59,555 nt of DNA. Source: a virus (Duplodnaviria; Caudoviricetes). Position numbers and translations under genes: made by a program. Location of the stretch: positions 1-59,555 of IMG/VR virus record IMGVR_UViG_3300036770_007637; one strand, 5' to 3'. This document shows positions 39,304 to 47,810 of the stretch, piece after piece. The first letter of the stretch is position 1, and each line of letters starts with the position of its first letter. Below the pieces are notes generated by a model. That model saw only the letters and a list, made by a program, of their open reading frames with translations. It searched no databases and was not told where the DNA came from.

Positions 39304-39700
39304 GGATATTTCCTCCTTGTTCGATCAGTTGGATGGCTTCGTCGATGCACATCTTGGCACGGACGGCATCGTCATGTTCCATGAGATGCTGGGCATCCGA
39401 CAGGATCGAGTAGGCCTGGCCCTCGGGTTCGAAGAAGAAGCCACGCTCGTCGCCGGTGTAGAATCGCTGGATGGTGATCTTCACGCGGTTCAAGTTCTGG
39501 CGAGCATCTTCCAGTTCGCCCCAGTTCAACTCCTTCCAGGCCGACATCAGCATGTGCATGATGACCTGCTTTGGTGTAACCCCAAAACCGGCAGTAAGAT
39601 AACTATCTACCGCGGCGTCCACATCTTGGCGGGTGGCACCAAACATGCGGATTTCGCGTTTTTGGGCGTCTGAGAGTGCTTCGTAGATCGCTGTAGCCAT
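39296..39700 (-). CDS. Hypothetical helical protein
   Basis: AAGGAG RBS, start MATAIYE. Confidence 0.65.
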   Translation of the reverse strand: MATAIYEALSDAQKREIRMFGATRQDVDAAVDSYLTAGFGVTPKQVIMHMLMSAWKELNWGELEDARQNLNRVKITIQRFYTGDERGFFFEPEGQAYSILSDAQHLMEHDDAVRAKMCIDEAIQLIEQGGNIRG

Positions 39701-39717
39701 GATCTGCTCCTTTTGTT

Positions 39718-39764
39718 TACTGTATGACTTAATTGTAGCAAATGGGCAAATATTGGTCAACCAC
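39718..39764 (-). repeat. Early promoter cassette copy 2
   Basis: Near-identical to 37992-38038. Confidence 0.9.
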
Positions 39765-39808
39765 CCCAAAATCCTGGGTTAGCAAGCACTAACTTAGCTG
39801 TTGTGTTT

Positions 39809-40783
39809 TTACGACACCTTTTCGGTCAGTCCGCGCCACTGTTTGATCGTGATCTTTTTACCGTTTTCTTTCCAGCCTCGGCCGGTCCACTCGGCCCGCA
39901 TAGGGAATGGCCAACTGCTATCCTGCTCAAACACTTCGTATTCGCCTTTGTGCTCAGGCTCGACGTCGGCTGGATACCAAGGTGACAGAGGAATACCTTC
40001 CCACTCTTCTGTGTCGGAATCAATCGCTTCCTGCGCCCATATCTCCTCGCCCTCCAACACCGGAACTTTGATTTTATCTAGTTCTTCAGCAGGATTCCAC
40101 TCTTCATCGCGGTACTCGCTTTCGTAGACCTCTTCGTCGCCCACAATATGGAACTTGTTTTCCGCCCATTTGCCAGTGGTGCTGTAGCCATCCTGCCCTT
40201 CGAGGTCTTGACCATCATATTCCACGCCGGTCACGATGTTCCACCCATCACCGTTGCCGTAGTAAATCTTCAAGAGTTTCGGATCAAAGGGTCGGGTCAA
40301 TGTGAGTTCAGCATCAAAGAAACAGCCCTTCTCGCCTTGACCACCCCAGAAAATCACAGTACCATTATCTAGTTCGTCGCTTTCAAAACCTTCACTGCAA
40401 TCTACCCCAATACCCTGACCTTCTAGGTGAGCGATGTCCAGGTTGGTCTGGAACAGGTCCTCCATGGTTTCATCGTTCATGACCGTGATCCAACTGCTGT
40501 CATCCATAGTAGCGCCTGAGGCATGGAACAGATCGTCGCATTCATAGGCTTCACCAGGATTGATAAAACGATTCTCGTCGGGGATATCCTGGAACAGTTC
40601 GTTGTCCCAATCGCCTAGATACTGATCGAGATCTACCCGGCGAGCTCTGAACACTTCGTAGTCTTGGCGACTCACTGAACCAATGTAGCACTCACCGCCG
40701 TAACCTTGGATCAAGAGTCGAGCCTTGATTGGAGTGAACTTCAAGGTGTCCATGAGTTCTTGTTTCTGTTTACGAGTTGCCAT
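39809..40783 (-). CDS. Acidic hypothetical protein
   Basis: GYGGE, EKGCFF motifs; small C-terminal W-rich domain. Confidence 0.7.
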   Translation of the reverse strand: MATRKQKQELMDTLKFTPIKARLLIQGYGGECYIGSVSRQDYEVFRARRVDLDQYLGDWDNELFQDIPDENRFINPGEAYECDDLFHASGATMDDSSWITVMNDETMEDLFQTNLDIAHLEGQGIGVDCSEGFESDELDNGTVIFWGGQGEKGCFFDAELTLTRPFDPKLLKIYYGNGDGWNIVTGVEYDGQDLEGQDGYSTTGKWAENKFHIVGDEEVYESEYRDEEWNPAEELDKIKVPVLEGEEIWAQEAIDSDTEEWEGIPLSPWYPADVEPEHKGEYEVFEQDSSWPFPMRAEWTGRGWKENGKKITIKQWRGLTEKVS

Positions 40784-40922
40784 GAGTGGCCTCGGTATCA
40801 GAGAAACAATGTGGCGTCCAGCCACAGAAGGCCACGGTCCAGGCTATGGCCACCGGTGAGTCCCAATTTTGGAAGATCATCACAGCACATACCGCCGTGA
40901 CTGCCCAGGCTAGATATTTCAT
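40770..40922 (-). CDS. Small membrane protein (50 aa)
   Basis: Manually found MKYLAWAVTAVCAVMIF; fills gap with overlaps. Confidence 0.5.
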   Translation of the reverse strand: MKYLAWAVTAVCAVMIFQNWDSPVAIAWTVAFCGWTPHCFSDTEATHGNS

Positions 40923-41176
40923 CTCTCTTTCCTTTCCAGTTCACGCTGTACGGCATTGAGCTCCATTTCATAGATGCTGTAGCTCATGCGGAACCACGAG
41001 ATGCCGGCGTCTAAGATAACTAGACCAGCACCAGTGGACGCCACGGTCATGACTAAGGCAGTGGGCGCCGCGAACAGCATCAACACAGTGGCCACGGCCA
41101 AGGCCAAGAAACCCCAGAAAGTAGGGCTGGCAAAACAGCCCCGGAACTGCCATCGGATAAATCCACGGATATTCAT
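40919..41176 (-). CDS. Small 2-TM membrane protein
   Basis: Two hydrophobic segments. Confidence 0.6.
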   Translation of the reverse strand: MNIRGFIRWQFRGCFASPTFWGFLALAVATVLMLFAAPTALVMTVASTGAGLVILDAGISWFRMSYSIYEMELNAVQRELERKER

Positions 41177-41177
41177 A

Positions 41178-41441
41178 TCAACTCCATTTCATGTAAAAAG
41201 CGAAATAATCCTGTTCGCTGTCGAAATAAAAGATATAGCGTCCAGGTCTGGTATCAGTGCTCATCTCTATCAGTTGCCAGCGCCAATCCTGCTTGCATTC
41301 ACTCTTGCACCAGGCGATGATGTCATCTAACACACCACACGGTTTGATCACTTCTTGGGCATGGCGAAAACTTTCGCGTTCCCTTACATGATAACCGTTT
41401 TCTTCTAGAGCTCGGCGGTATGCTTCTCGTAGATGTTCCAC
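41178..41441 (-). CDS. Small hypothetical protein (FxD motif family)
   Basis: GRYIFYFDSEQDYFAFYMKW. Confidence 0.65.
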   Translation of the reverse strand: MEHLREAYRRALEENGYHVRERESFRHAQEVIKPCGVLDDIIAWCKSECKQDWRWQLIEMSTDTRPGRYIFYFDSEQDYFAFYMKWS

Positions 41442-41866
41442 TGTTTGTCTATATTATAAGCAGGTTTGATTATGCGGTCAACCGCGGATTCCAGATATTG
41501 GATATCCAGCTTCCAATCCTGATATCCTTCTGCCAAAAGATCCAGATACCCCTGGGTGGGCTCGCCGGGCACAGGATCGTTCATGAGATAGACCATGAAC
41601 TCCTGACTGTCCTGCACCAAGATGCGCTTGCGATAGTAATAGGGATAGCCTTCGAATCGATCCAGACTGGCTTCGCATTCATCAGTGATTCGCCACAACA
41701 CTCCGGGTACTTCTTTGCCAGGATGCGGAGAGATCGTGGCATGCCCGCAGAGATCCAGTTGCCAACCTCTCAATCGGAATGCTCGCAAAGGCTGCGCCTG
41801 TGGGCACCGTACGATCATGCTTTCACGGCTCATGTTGGCGCCATAGGCAAAATAAAGTCTAGTCAC
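41405..41866 (-). CDS. Gamma-glutamylcyclotransferase (AIG2-like)
   Basis: YFAYGANM, GVLW, LDRFEG, Y. Confidence 0.85.
   Translation of the reverse strand: MTRLYFAYGANMSRESMIVRCPQAQPLRAFRLRGWQLDLCGHATISPHPGKEVPGVLWRITDECEASLDRFEGYPYYYRKRILVQDSQEFMVYLMNDPVPGEPTQGYLDLLAEGYQDWKLDIQYLESAVDRIIKPAYNIDKQWNIYEKHTAEL
41453..41481 (-). promoter_or_regulatory. Sigma70-type promoter inside the 3' end of the GGCT gene
   Basis: TTGACC-17 nt-TATAAT. Confidence 0.7.
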
Positions 41867-42041
41867 TAATCTTCTCCACTGTTTTCACTTCGATTGGGCC
41901 TCGCCAGCGCCATGATTCTAGTATCTGTGCTCGGGCTTGTGCTTCGTTGGGTGCTTCTACTTCCTGGGTATGCGCCACCCAGTAGTACAGATCTGGGCAA
42001 CACTGATGTTGCTGGCTCCGGAACTTTACTCGCCATTTCAT
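41859..42041 (-). CDS. Hypothetical protein
   Basis: 60 aa tiled ORF; EVEAPNEAQAR. Confidence 0.5.
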   Translation of the reverse strand: MKWRVKFRSQQHQCCPDLYYWVAHTQEVEAPNEAQARAQILESWRWRGPIEVKTVEKISD

Positions 42042-42274
42042 AGGTAGTGCCGGCGGATGTGTTTTTGCGCACGTTCACGATCTCTTTCGTAGAACAGGAT
42101 GTTGTCAGTGATGCCAAACTGATTGCAGAAGGCCTGTCCATATCGCAGACCACGCATGGCTTCGAATATGAACGCACGATCCCAGGCCCGGAAGGCTTCT
42201 TCGGTGAGTTCTTCCTGGGCAGTTCGTCCGTGGCGTGCCAACATAAGTTCTTCTACTAGGCTCTGGATACTCAT
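42038..42274 (-). CDS. Hypothetical protein
   Basis: LRYGQAFCNQF motif. Confidence 0.6.
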   Translation of the reverse strand: MSIQSLVEELMLARHGRTAQEELTEEAFRAWDRAFIFEAMRGLRYGQAFCNQFGITDNILFYERDRERAQKHIRRHYL

Positions 42275-42978
42275 TAGATCAGTTCCACCGCGCTGAGATT
42301 CCAATACATATGATCATATCTAGCACCACGCTGTCGTGAATAATGCCAATTGGCTCGGATGCGGATGGGCTCTTTGCGATTATAAAGACTTTTCACCACG
42401 GATCCCAATGGATTGGTAGCGCCAGCGGCCCATAGCGTAGTACGCCCTTCACTGTCCGTGAACCAGTATTGATACGTTTCATGATTCTTCCTGCTGGCAA
42501 AAGTCAGGGCCACAGGAGTGATGGTGTCTTCACGAGTTTCTGCCAATAGAGATTCACGTTTGACAGACTGGGTGTTAGCGAATATATTATCCAGGGTGGT
42601 ATCCTCCACATAGAAGTATGGGATCTTCATCAAAATACCCATCTGGTCGCTCATGACGGGTCTCTCGCCGCTCACCATGCCATACAGAGTAGTCTGGAAC
42701 TCTGTGAGCGTTTTGCCTCGGAGAGCATCCATGGTATAGCGATCTCGGTAATACTTGCGAGTAACCTCGGCCATCTCTCTGTCATGTGGATATGCTTGCA
42801 CATCGTTGAGACTGACCCAGCGTTGACCTTTACGAGTCCACACACCATAACTGGCCCAACTCAGGACGATGGGATCGTCTGCAAAGATAACTTCCTTGGC
42901 AGGATCTTTTCTCAGCGTATCGCTCCAGTCATCAACGAGTTGTCGTATGCTGATAGGTTTTGTCACAGTCAATCCCAT
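42274..42978 (-). CDS. Hypothetical protein
   Basis: 234 aa tiled ORF. Confidence 0.65.
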   Translation of the reverse strand: MGLTVTKPISIRQLVDDWSDTLRKDPAKEVIFADDPIVLSWASYGVWTRKGQRWVSLNDVQAYPHDREMAEVTRKYYRDRYTMDALRGKTLTEFQTTLYGMVSGERPVMSDQMGILMKIPYFYVEDTTLDNIFANTQSVKRESLLAETREDTITPVALTFASRKNHETYQYWFTDSEGRTTLWAAGATNPLGSVVKSLYNRKEPIRIRANWHYSRQRGARYDHMYWNLSAVELI

Positions 42979-43694
42979 AGTGCCTCGTAGTATCGGCCAA
43001 AAAGTCGGAATCCGTTGGAGATGCGTTTCTGCACGGCCTCCATACCCTCCATGTCGATCTTGTGGGTATCGTTGGGCCCTTTTTTCATCTCATAATACTT
43101 GTGCTCGCCTTTGGCGACTTCGTTGCCATCTTTGTCCACGGGCACCCATTTGATGTCGATCTCACCCGAATGGAACTCGGCTTGCCAGTCATCCTTGGCC
43201 TTCATCTCGAAAGCGAAGATCATTTCGTCTAGCACCCAGTCCCAACGGAGATGATGATTGTCATCTGTGTCCCATTCGTTCTCTTTGGCAGGTGCGGCTG
43301 TGCTACGCAGATGCTCGGGCACATCTTCGTCGTCAACATTGGGAGATCCATGCTTAGTGGCCTGTAGTTGCCGAAGCATGGGCAACACGATGTCGGCCAG
43401 AGTATGATCCATCGACCATGTGTCCCAGCGATCGATCTTGACATAAGTGATTCTAGGATGGATCCAATCCAGTATTCGATTGATCGCACCTGAAACGGGT
43501 GTGAGTCGATCAGCCCAGCGGTCTACCCACTCAGGATGATCCACCCAGGCTGATTTCTCTCGCTTTTCATCTTCGAGCGTTTCGGTCAAAGTCCAACGAC
43601 TACATTTAGACCATTCAGTCCAGAAGAATATGCGATCAATGATCGTATAAGGTGATATCCAGTGATTGCGATATTTCGAAATGTAAACTTTCAT
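42969..43694 (-). CDS. Hypothetical phage protein
   Basis: KIDRWDTWSMDHTLA..WDWVLDEMIFAF..GFRLFGRYYEALWD. Confidence 0.7.
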   Translation of the reverse strand: MKVYISKYRNHWISPYTIIDRIFFWTEWSKCSRWTLTETLEDEKREKSAWVDHPEWVDRWADRLTPVSGAINRILDWIHPRITYVKIDRWDTWSMDHTLADIVLPMLRQLQATKHGSPNVDDEDVPEHLRSTAAPAKENEWDTDDNHHLRWDWVLDEMIFAFEMKAKDDWQAEFHSGEIDIKWVPVDKDGNEVAKGEHKYYEMKKGPNDTHKIDMEGMEAVQKRISNGFRLFGRYYEALWD

Positions 43695-43885
43695 AACGGA
43701 CTGCTCCATAATTCTGTACCATGTGATTTTAGCAGGATCATGATTTCTTGTCTATCATCCAAAAATTCAATGGCCCAGTTGTCGTTGCGCCAGGCCCAAC
43801 GGAAATCTCTACCAATCTCAAGTCCTTGGCTCTCTAACCAAAGATACCATTCTCGGATGTTCCAATCACCGCGTAATTCCACCAT
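43691..43885 (-). CDS. Small hypothetical protein
   Basis: AIEFLDDRQEIMILLK. Confidence 0.55.
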   Translation of the reverse strand: MVELRGDWNIREWYLWLESQGLEIGRDFRWAWRNDNWAIEFLDDRQEIMILLKSHGTELWSSPL

Positions 43886-44092
43886 TTACCAAACACTCAC
43901 GTCTGTGATATCTTGCGACACTATCTTGATACCGGTATCATAATGCACCGTGGTAGTGGGCCCTATGCCCGATCTAGAATCCTGCTCGATCTTTACCGAT
44001 TCTACATTGTCATTGAGATTGACATAAAGTATTATAGCATCAATTTCTTTTCGAGTCAACTCAACCCGATGCTGAGTCTTACCACGAGCCAT
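43886..44092 (-). CDS. Hypothetical protein
   Basis: SGIG..DITDVSVW motif. Confidence 0.6.
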   Translation of the reverse strand: MARGKTQHRVELTRKEIDAIILYVNLNDNVESVKIEQDSRSGIGPTTTVHYDTGIKIVSQDITDVSVW

Positions 44093-44285
44093 CGTCGATC
44101 CAAACTCGGATGGTCAGGAAAAGGAATCCCATGGCCCATGTGCGCTCGTTGGGGCTGGGCCATTCCAGATTGGTTTCATCTCTGAACCACGGTAGAACTT
44201 TCCAATGCAAGGGATTCAGGTGCAAGGATACGCTCACACCCGAATACCGGATCCAGTCTATAATTCCACGATCTTTGGTTGCCAT
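44079..44285 (-). CDS. Hypothetical protein
   Basis: Start MATKD; NPLHW..WIDDGSW. Confidence 0.6.
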   Translation of the reverse strand: MATKDRGIIDWIRYSGVSVSLHLNPLHWKVLPWFRDETNLEWPSPNERTWAMGFLFLTIRVWIDDGSW

Positions 44286-45103
44286 TGGTCTGCCCTTTCT
44301 TCGTATCCGATGTAGCCACGCGGATTGCATACCACTCGGGTGGTCCCGATCATGTAGTCGAAATCCTCGTGGGTGTGCCCGTGTGTCCACAGCACGATCT
44401 CCGGATGATCCAGGACGAACTCATCCATCTCGGATCGGAAACAGCCGTTGAGCAGGTGATCGTGCTGGTATTTTGGATGCACACTGGCCGCGCTGGGAGC
44501 ATGATGCCCGACCACGATCACCCGACGGCTATGATCGCCTTGTGTCCGACGGTTCTCGATCACGGTACGGATGTATTGTTTCATCGTACGGTGGTCATTG
44601 GCTGAATCTTCGGGCAAGAACTTCCAGTTGCCGCCAGCATGCCCTTTGGCTGTGTTCCTGACTCCACGGTAATCGTTCATCATGGTACCGGCCGCATGCA
44701 CGGTCAAAGGATCACCGCGGTTCAGATCCGTCCAGAGAGTACCACCGATAAACAAGTAGTCGTTGATGACTCGGACCTGTTTCTCCAAGAGATACACGTT
44801 ATGGCACTGGCCCGAATCCAACATTTCGCGGATGACAGTTTCGCTTTTGGAGAAGTCGCCGTGATAGTGTTCGTGATTACCCATGATCAAGATCACGTGC
44901 GGGAACCGATCGCTACATCTCTGGAAGAAGTCGCGCACACGTTGGCTACGAGCACCTTCCATGAAGTTGTCATTGTCAGGGCGACCAATGTCACGGGCCA
45001 CAAGTATGTCGCCGCCCAGTATCAGGACGTCGGCGTTTTCGGTATTGAGGATATCACAATCTCCAAATTCAAGATGGACATCGCTGGCTACTGCTATTTT
45101 CAT
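44258..45103 (-). CDS. Calcineurin-like metallophosphoesterase
   Basis: SDVH, GGD, GNHE, HH, HGHTH. Confidence 0.9.
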   Translation of the reverse strand: MKIAVASDVHLEFGDCDILNTENADVLILGGDILVARDIGRPDNDNFMEGARSQRVRDFFQRCSDRFPHVILIMGNHEHYHGDFSKSETVIREMLDSGQCHNVYLLEKQVRVINDYLFIGGTLWTDLNRGDPLTVHAAGTMMNDYRGVRNTAKGHAGGNWKFLPEDSANDHRTMKQYIRTVIENRRTQGDHSRRVIVVGHHAPSAASVHPKYQHDHLLNGCFRSEMDEFVLDHPEIVLWTHGHTHEDFDYMIGTTRVVCNPRGYIGYEERADQWQPKIVEL

Positions 45104-45116
45104 GGTACCTCTTTGG

Positions 45117-45464
45117 TTATGCTGTTTCTGCTTCTATCTGTGGCACTGTAGCACGGAAGCGTTTTACCACGTCTGGATCACCGGCCACGATCTTTATGGT
45201 CATGTCTCGGCTCAGGCGTTCGGCGAATTCTTCCGCGGTACGACCTTGTCCTAGGAACTGGTCCGTTTCATTGTCGAATATGTAGAAACAGCCAGAATAT
45301 TCTTCGATCTTTACCTGCTTGTATACCTTTTTGATCTCGGCGATTTCGGCGTCGAGTGCTTCGATCTTGTCCTGGAGATAACCTTGCGTGGCATTGCCCA
45401 ACACACGCAGAACAATCCAGCCCACGATGAACCAAAAAACAAAATCCAATACCGTTTCCATCAT
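45117..45464 (-). CDS. Membrane-anchored hypothetical protein
   Basis: N-terminal TM; QFLGQG motif. Confidence 0.6.
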   Translation of the reverse strand: MMETVLDFVFWFIVGWIVLRVLGNATQGYLQDKIEALDAEIAEIKKVYKQVKIEEYSGCFYIFDNETDQFLGQGRTAEEFAERLSRDMTIKIVAGDPDVVKRFRATVPQIEAETA

Positions 45465-45982
45465 TTTAGTCCTTTGTCTCGCACACCTTGTTCATACCAT
45501 TCAGTGAGTGGCTCAGGTTCTTCTTCTCGCTCGATGCCGAACTCTTCAGCTGCCATCTCCCAGTAACGATCAGGATCGTCCTCATGGTTTACTTGATCAT
45601 CGTCGAAGTATTCGCCATCGTAGGTGTCCCAGCCCGCGAACATCATGCCCTCTTCCATATAGGCCAAGCGATAGGTCACGCGACCATCCTTCTGGGCCCA
45701 GTATCGAAAAGCTTCTATAGGCGGCCCCCAGGCAGTATCAAACGAGAACGTGATGGAGTCCTCCTCGGTATCATCTCCAATGAAGGCATTGGTAATGTCC
45801 CATTTTGTTCCCCAGTTCGACACGCACCAGTCATACCAGTTTTCTTCCTGGTCTTTGGGCATGGGCCGCATCCATTTCAACAGCCGGCTGTCTTGATCCT
45901 GATCTTCTAGTATGCTCCGGATCTCGTCGATCACAGGTTTGGGTGCGTTTATGGTCGCTGTGTTAGAACACCAATTAGGCAT
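45461..45982 (-). CDS. YubB/DUF1281-like ferredoxin-fold protein
   Basis: MPNWCSN, WYDWCVSNWGTKWD, FDTAWGPP. Confidence 0.7.
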   Translation of the reverse strand: MPNWCSNTATINAPKPVIDEIRSILEDQDQDSRLLKWMRPMPKDQEENWYDWCVSNWGTKWDITNAFIGDDTEEDSITFSFDTAWGPPIEAFRYWAQKDGRVTYRLAYMEEGMMFAGWDTYDGEYFDDDQVNHEDDPDRYWEMAAEEFGIEREEEPEPLTEWYEQGVRDKGLK

Positions 45983-46419
45983 TATTGCTCCTCGGAGTGT
46001 TTTAGATACTTATAATGTGGACGCCAACTCATTTCCGGATGATCCAGGTCTAGCACGAATCCCCATTCACGCACTTTGGGACCGGGCATAAACAAAGTCC
46101 AGGCCGTGACACCGGGCTCTAGTTCGATACGGTGCAGGCTAGTAGGACGGCAAATACGGAAATGTCCAGGGCCTCGCCAGAATCTACCCTCGGGTGTGGT
46201 CTCCCAATAACCACCTCGCAAGATCAAAGTAGCATAGGGCCAAGGATGATCATGCAGATGGTCCGGATCGCCCTTGAGGAACTTGTGGACGAAGATGTTG
46301 AACGGGAACCGTTTTCTATCCTTTAGGAACACATAGTAGCGTTCCAGATAGGGTTCGTCGTCCTGGCGATCCATGATCACACGGTGTCGCCCTAAGCGTT
46401 GGAAGAGTCGTTTTAGCAT
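45982..46419 (-). CDS. Cupin-fold protein
   Basis: LHDHPW..GGYWE..HRI..WTLF..WGF. Confidence 0.65.
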   Translation of the reverse strand: MLKRLFQRLGRHRVIMDRQDDEPYLERYYVFLKDRKRFPFNIFVHKFLKGDPDHLHDHPWPYATLILRGGYWETTPEGRFWRGPGHFRICRPTSLHRIELEPGVTAWTLFMPGPKVREWGFVLDLDHPEMSWRPHYKYLKHSEEQ

Positions 46420-46425
46420 ACTCGT

Positions 46426-46454
46426 ATTATACGAGAAATTGATTTATCGGTCAA
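46426..46454 (-). promoter_or_regulatory. Early sigma70-type promoter (leaderless)
   Basis: TTGACC-17 nt-TATAAT, 6 nt then ATG. Confidence 0.75.
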
Positions 46455-47343
46455 CCTGCGTCCAGGTGAAATCGGGTTGTCCTTTTTTACAATGCATCTT
46501 GCAAACATCATGAGCATTGGCTGGATCATCTAACACTTCTTTCTTGAACTCTGCTAACCGGGCCCGGGCCTGATCTAGATTTTGATTGCGTATGTCCCAA
46601 AGATCTCGTTGTTTCCAGAGTTTGGTTTTGTGCAGGGTATAAAAAGATGAAATCATGCAACAAGGCCAATAGTATCCGTCGGCAGAAATATATTCTAGAT
46701 CGCTACATCTGGGATCTAGTTCCACTATCTGGTCGGGTGTATATCGTCTCATCACCGACATTGATCCTTCGATGCTGGGTACTAAATCATCATCTCCATA
46801 GCGATTTGTGTCATCTGCTACAAAAATCATGCCATGAGACTCAGCGACTGATCTGATTTGATCGATTTCATGCTCGTTATAGGAAAATATCAAAGTCTTC
46901 CAAATCAATTTCGCTCCGCTGGTTTTCATGATCTCTATGGCTTGCATGATGCTGGGCCAGTCCGAGTTCCGGCGATAGAGATGATTGTTGTGTTCGAGTC
47001 CATCTATGCTGAAAAAAACGGTGTCTCTTTTATCCAGAGTCTCGGCCAATCTTGTCCAAAAGCGTTTGGTCTGATGACTGCCATTGGTTGATAATTTGAA
47101 CTTCTTTTCATCACGAAAAGTTTCCAACAGATCAAACAAGTAAGGATAGTAAATCGGATCCCCATGATTGCCATTGAATGTCAATGAAGGAACTTTTCTC
47201 CCCGATTCACAATCTAGAAATCTTGCCAAATCATCGACGATCAAATCCGATTTAGGAAATGGGCGATTGAATTTCTCAGAGAACCAGGTGCGAGGACATC
47301 CTGGACAGCCTAATGTACACCGAGTCGTGCCTTCTATGATCAT
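46444..47343 (-). CDS. Radical SAM protein with C-terminal SPASM/twitch-like Cys cluster
   Basis: CTLGCPGC, GNHGDP, STNG, SIDG, WPCC..CKMHC; start MIIEG 5 nt after TAAGTA. Confidence 0.85.
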   Translation of the reverse strand: MIIEGTTRCTLGCPGCPRTWFSEKFNRPFPKSDLIVDDLARFLDCESGRKVPSLTFNGNHGDPIYYPYLFDLLETFRDEKKFKLSTNGSHQTKRFWTRLAETLDKRDTVFFSIDGLEHNNHLYRRNSDWPSIMQAIEIMKTSGAKLIWKTLIFSYNEHEIDQIRSVAESHGMIFVADDTNRYGDDDLVPSIEGSMSVMRRYTPDQIVELDPRCSDLEYISADGYYWPCCMISSFYTLHKTKLWKQRDLWDIRNQNLDQARARLAEFKKEVLDDPANAHDVCKMHCKKGQPDFTWTQVDR

Positions 47344-47357
47344 GATATTACTTAAAC

Positions 47358-47383
47358 AAAAAGCCACCGAGCGGTGGCTTTTT
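47358..47383. terminator. Bidirectional rho-independent terminator
   Basis: AAAAAGCCACCG-AG-CGGTGGCTTTTT. Confidence 0.8.
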
Positions 47384-47422
47384 GAGATGTGGACCGGTTG
47401 AAAGGTCCAGCGACTTTTACTA

Positions 47423-47695
47423 TTAGACCAAACCCATCGCGATGGCTTTGTAGCCAGCAGCCACGAGCTTACGGCTGGGCTTGCCCAGGACGTATTCGGT
47501 GACTTGGACACCGTTGCCAGCAACACGGCTGTTGGTGTAAACTGCATGGCCAGCTTGGCGGATGCGGCTCACTTCGGCAGCCAGATTACCAATGCCCATT
47601 TTCTTGGCTTTGGATGCTGTCAGTGCCTCACCCTGGCGCAGGGCAGAGAACACACGGAAGGTTTTGGTTTCAGGATTGATAAAAAGTTTGCTCAC
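47423..47695 (-). CDS. Winged helix-turn-helix protein
   Basis: ALRQGEALT..NLAAEVSRIRQAGHAV..EYVLG. Confidence 0.65.
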   Translation of the reverse strand: MSKLFINPETKTFRVFSALRQGEALTASKAKKMGIGNLAAEVSRIRQAGHAVYTNSRVAGNGVQVTEYVLGKPSRKLVAAGYKAIAMGLV

Positions 47696-47718
47696 AGAAG
47701 TTTCCTTTCAGTTAGTTA

Positions 47719-47804
47719 GGCAAAGCAGATGTCAGCGACATCATGTGTGTAATATTACATTATGCAATCTTATACTGCAACACATTTTGGACATCTGTTT
47801 TGCC
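47719..47804 (-). promoter_or_regulatory. Promoter bracketed by 15 bp inverted repeats
   Basis: GGCAAAGCAGATGTC / GACATCTGTTTTGCC around TTGCAG-17 nt-TAATAT. Confidence 0.65.
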
Positions 47805-47810
47805 AAAACT

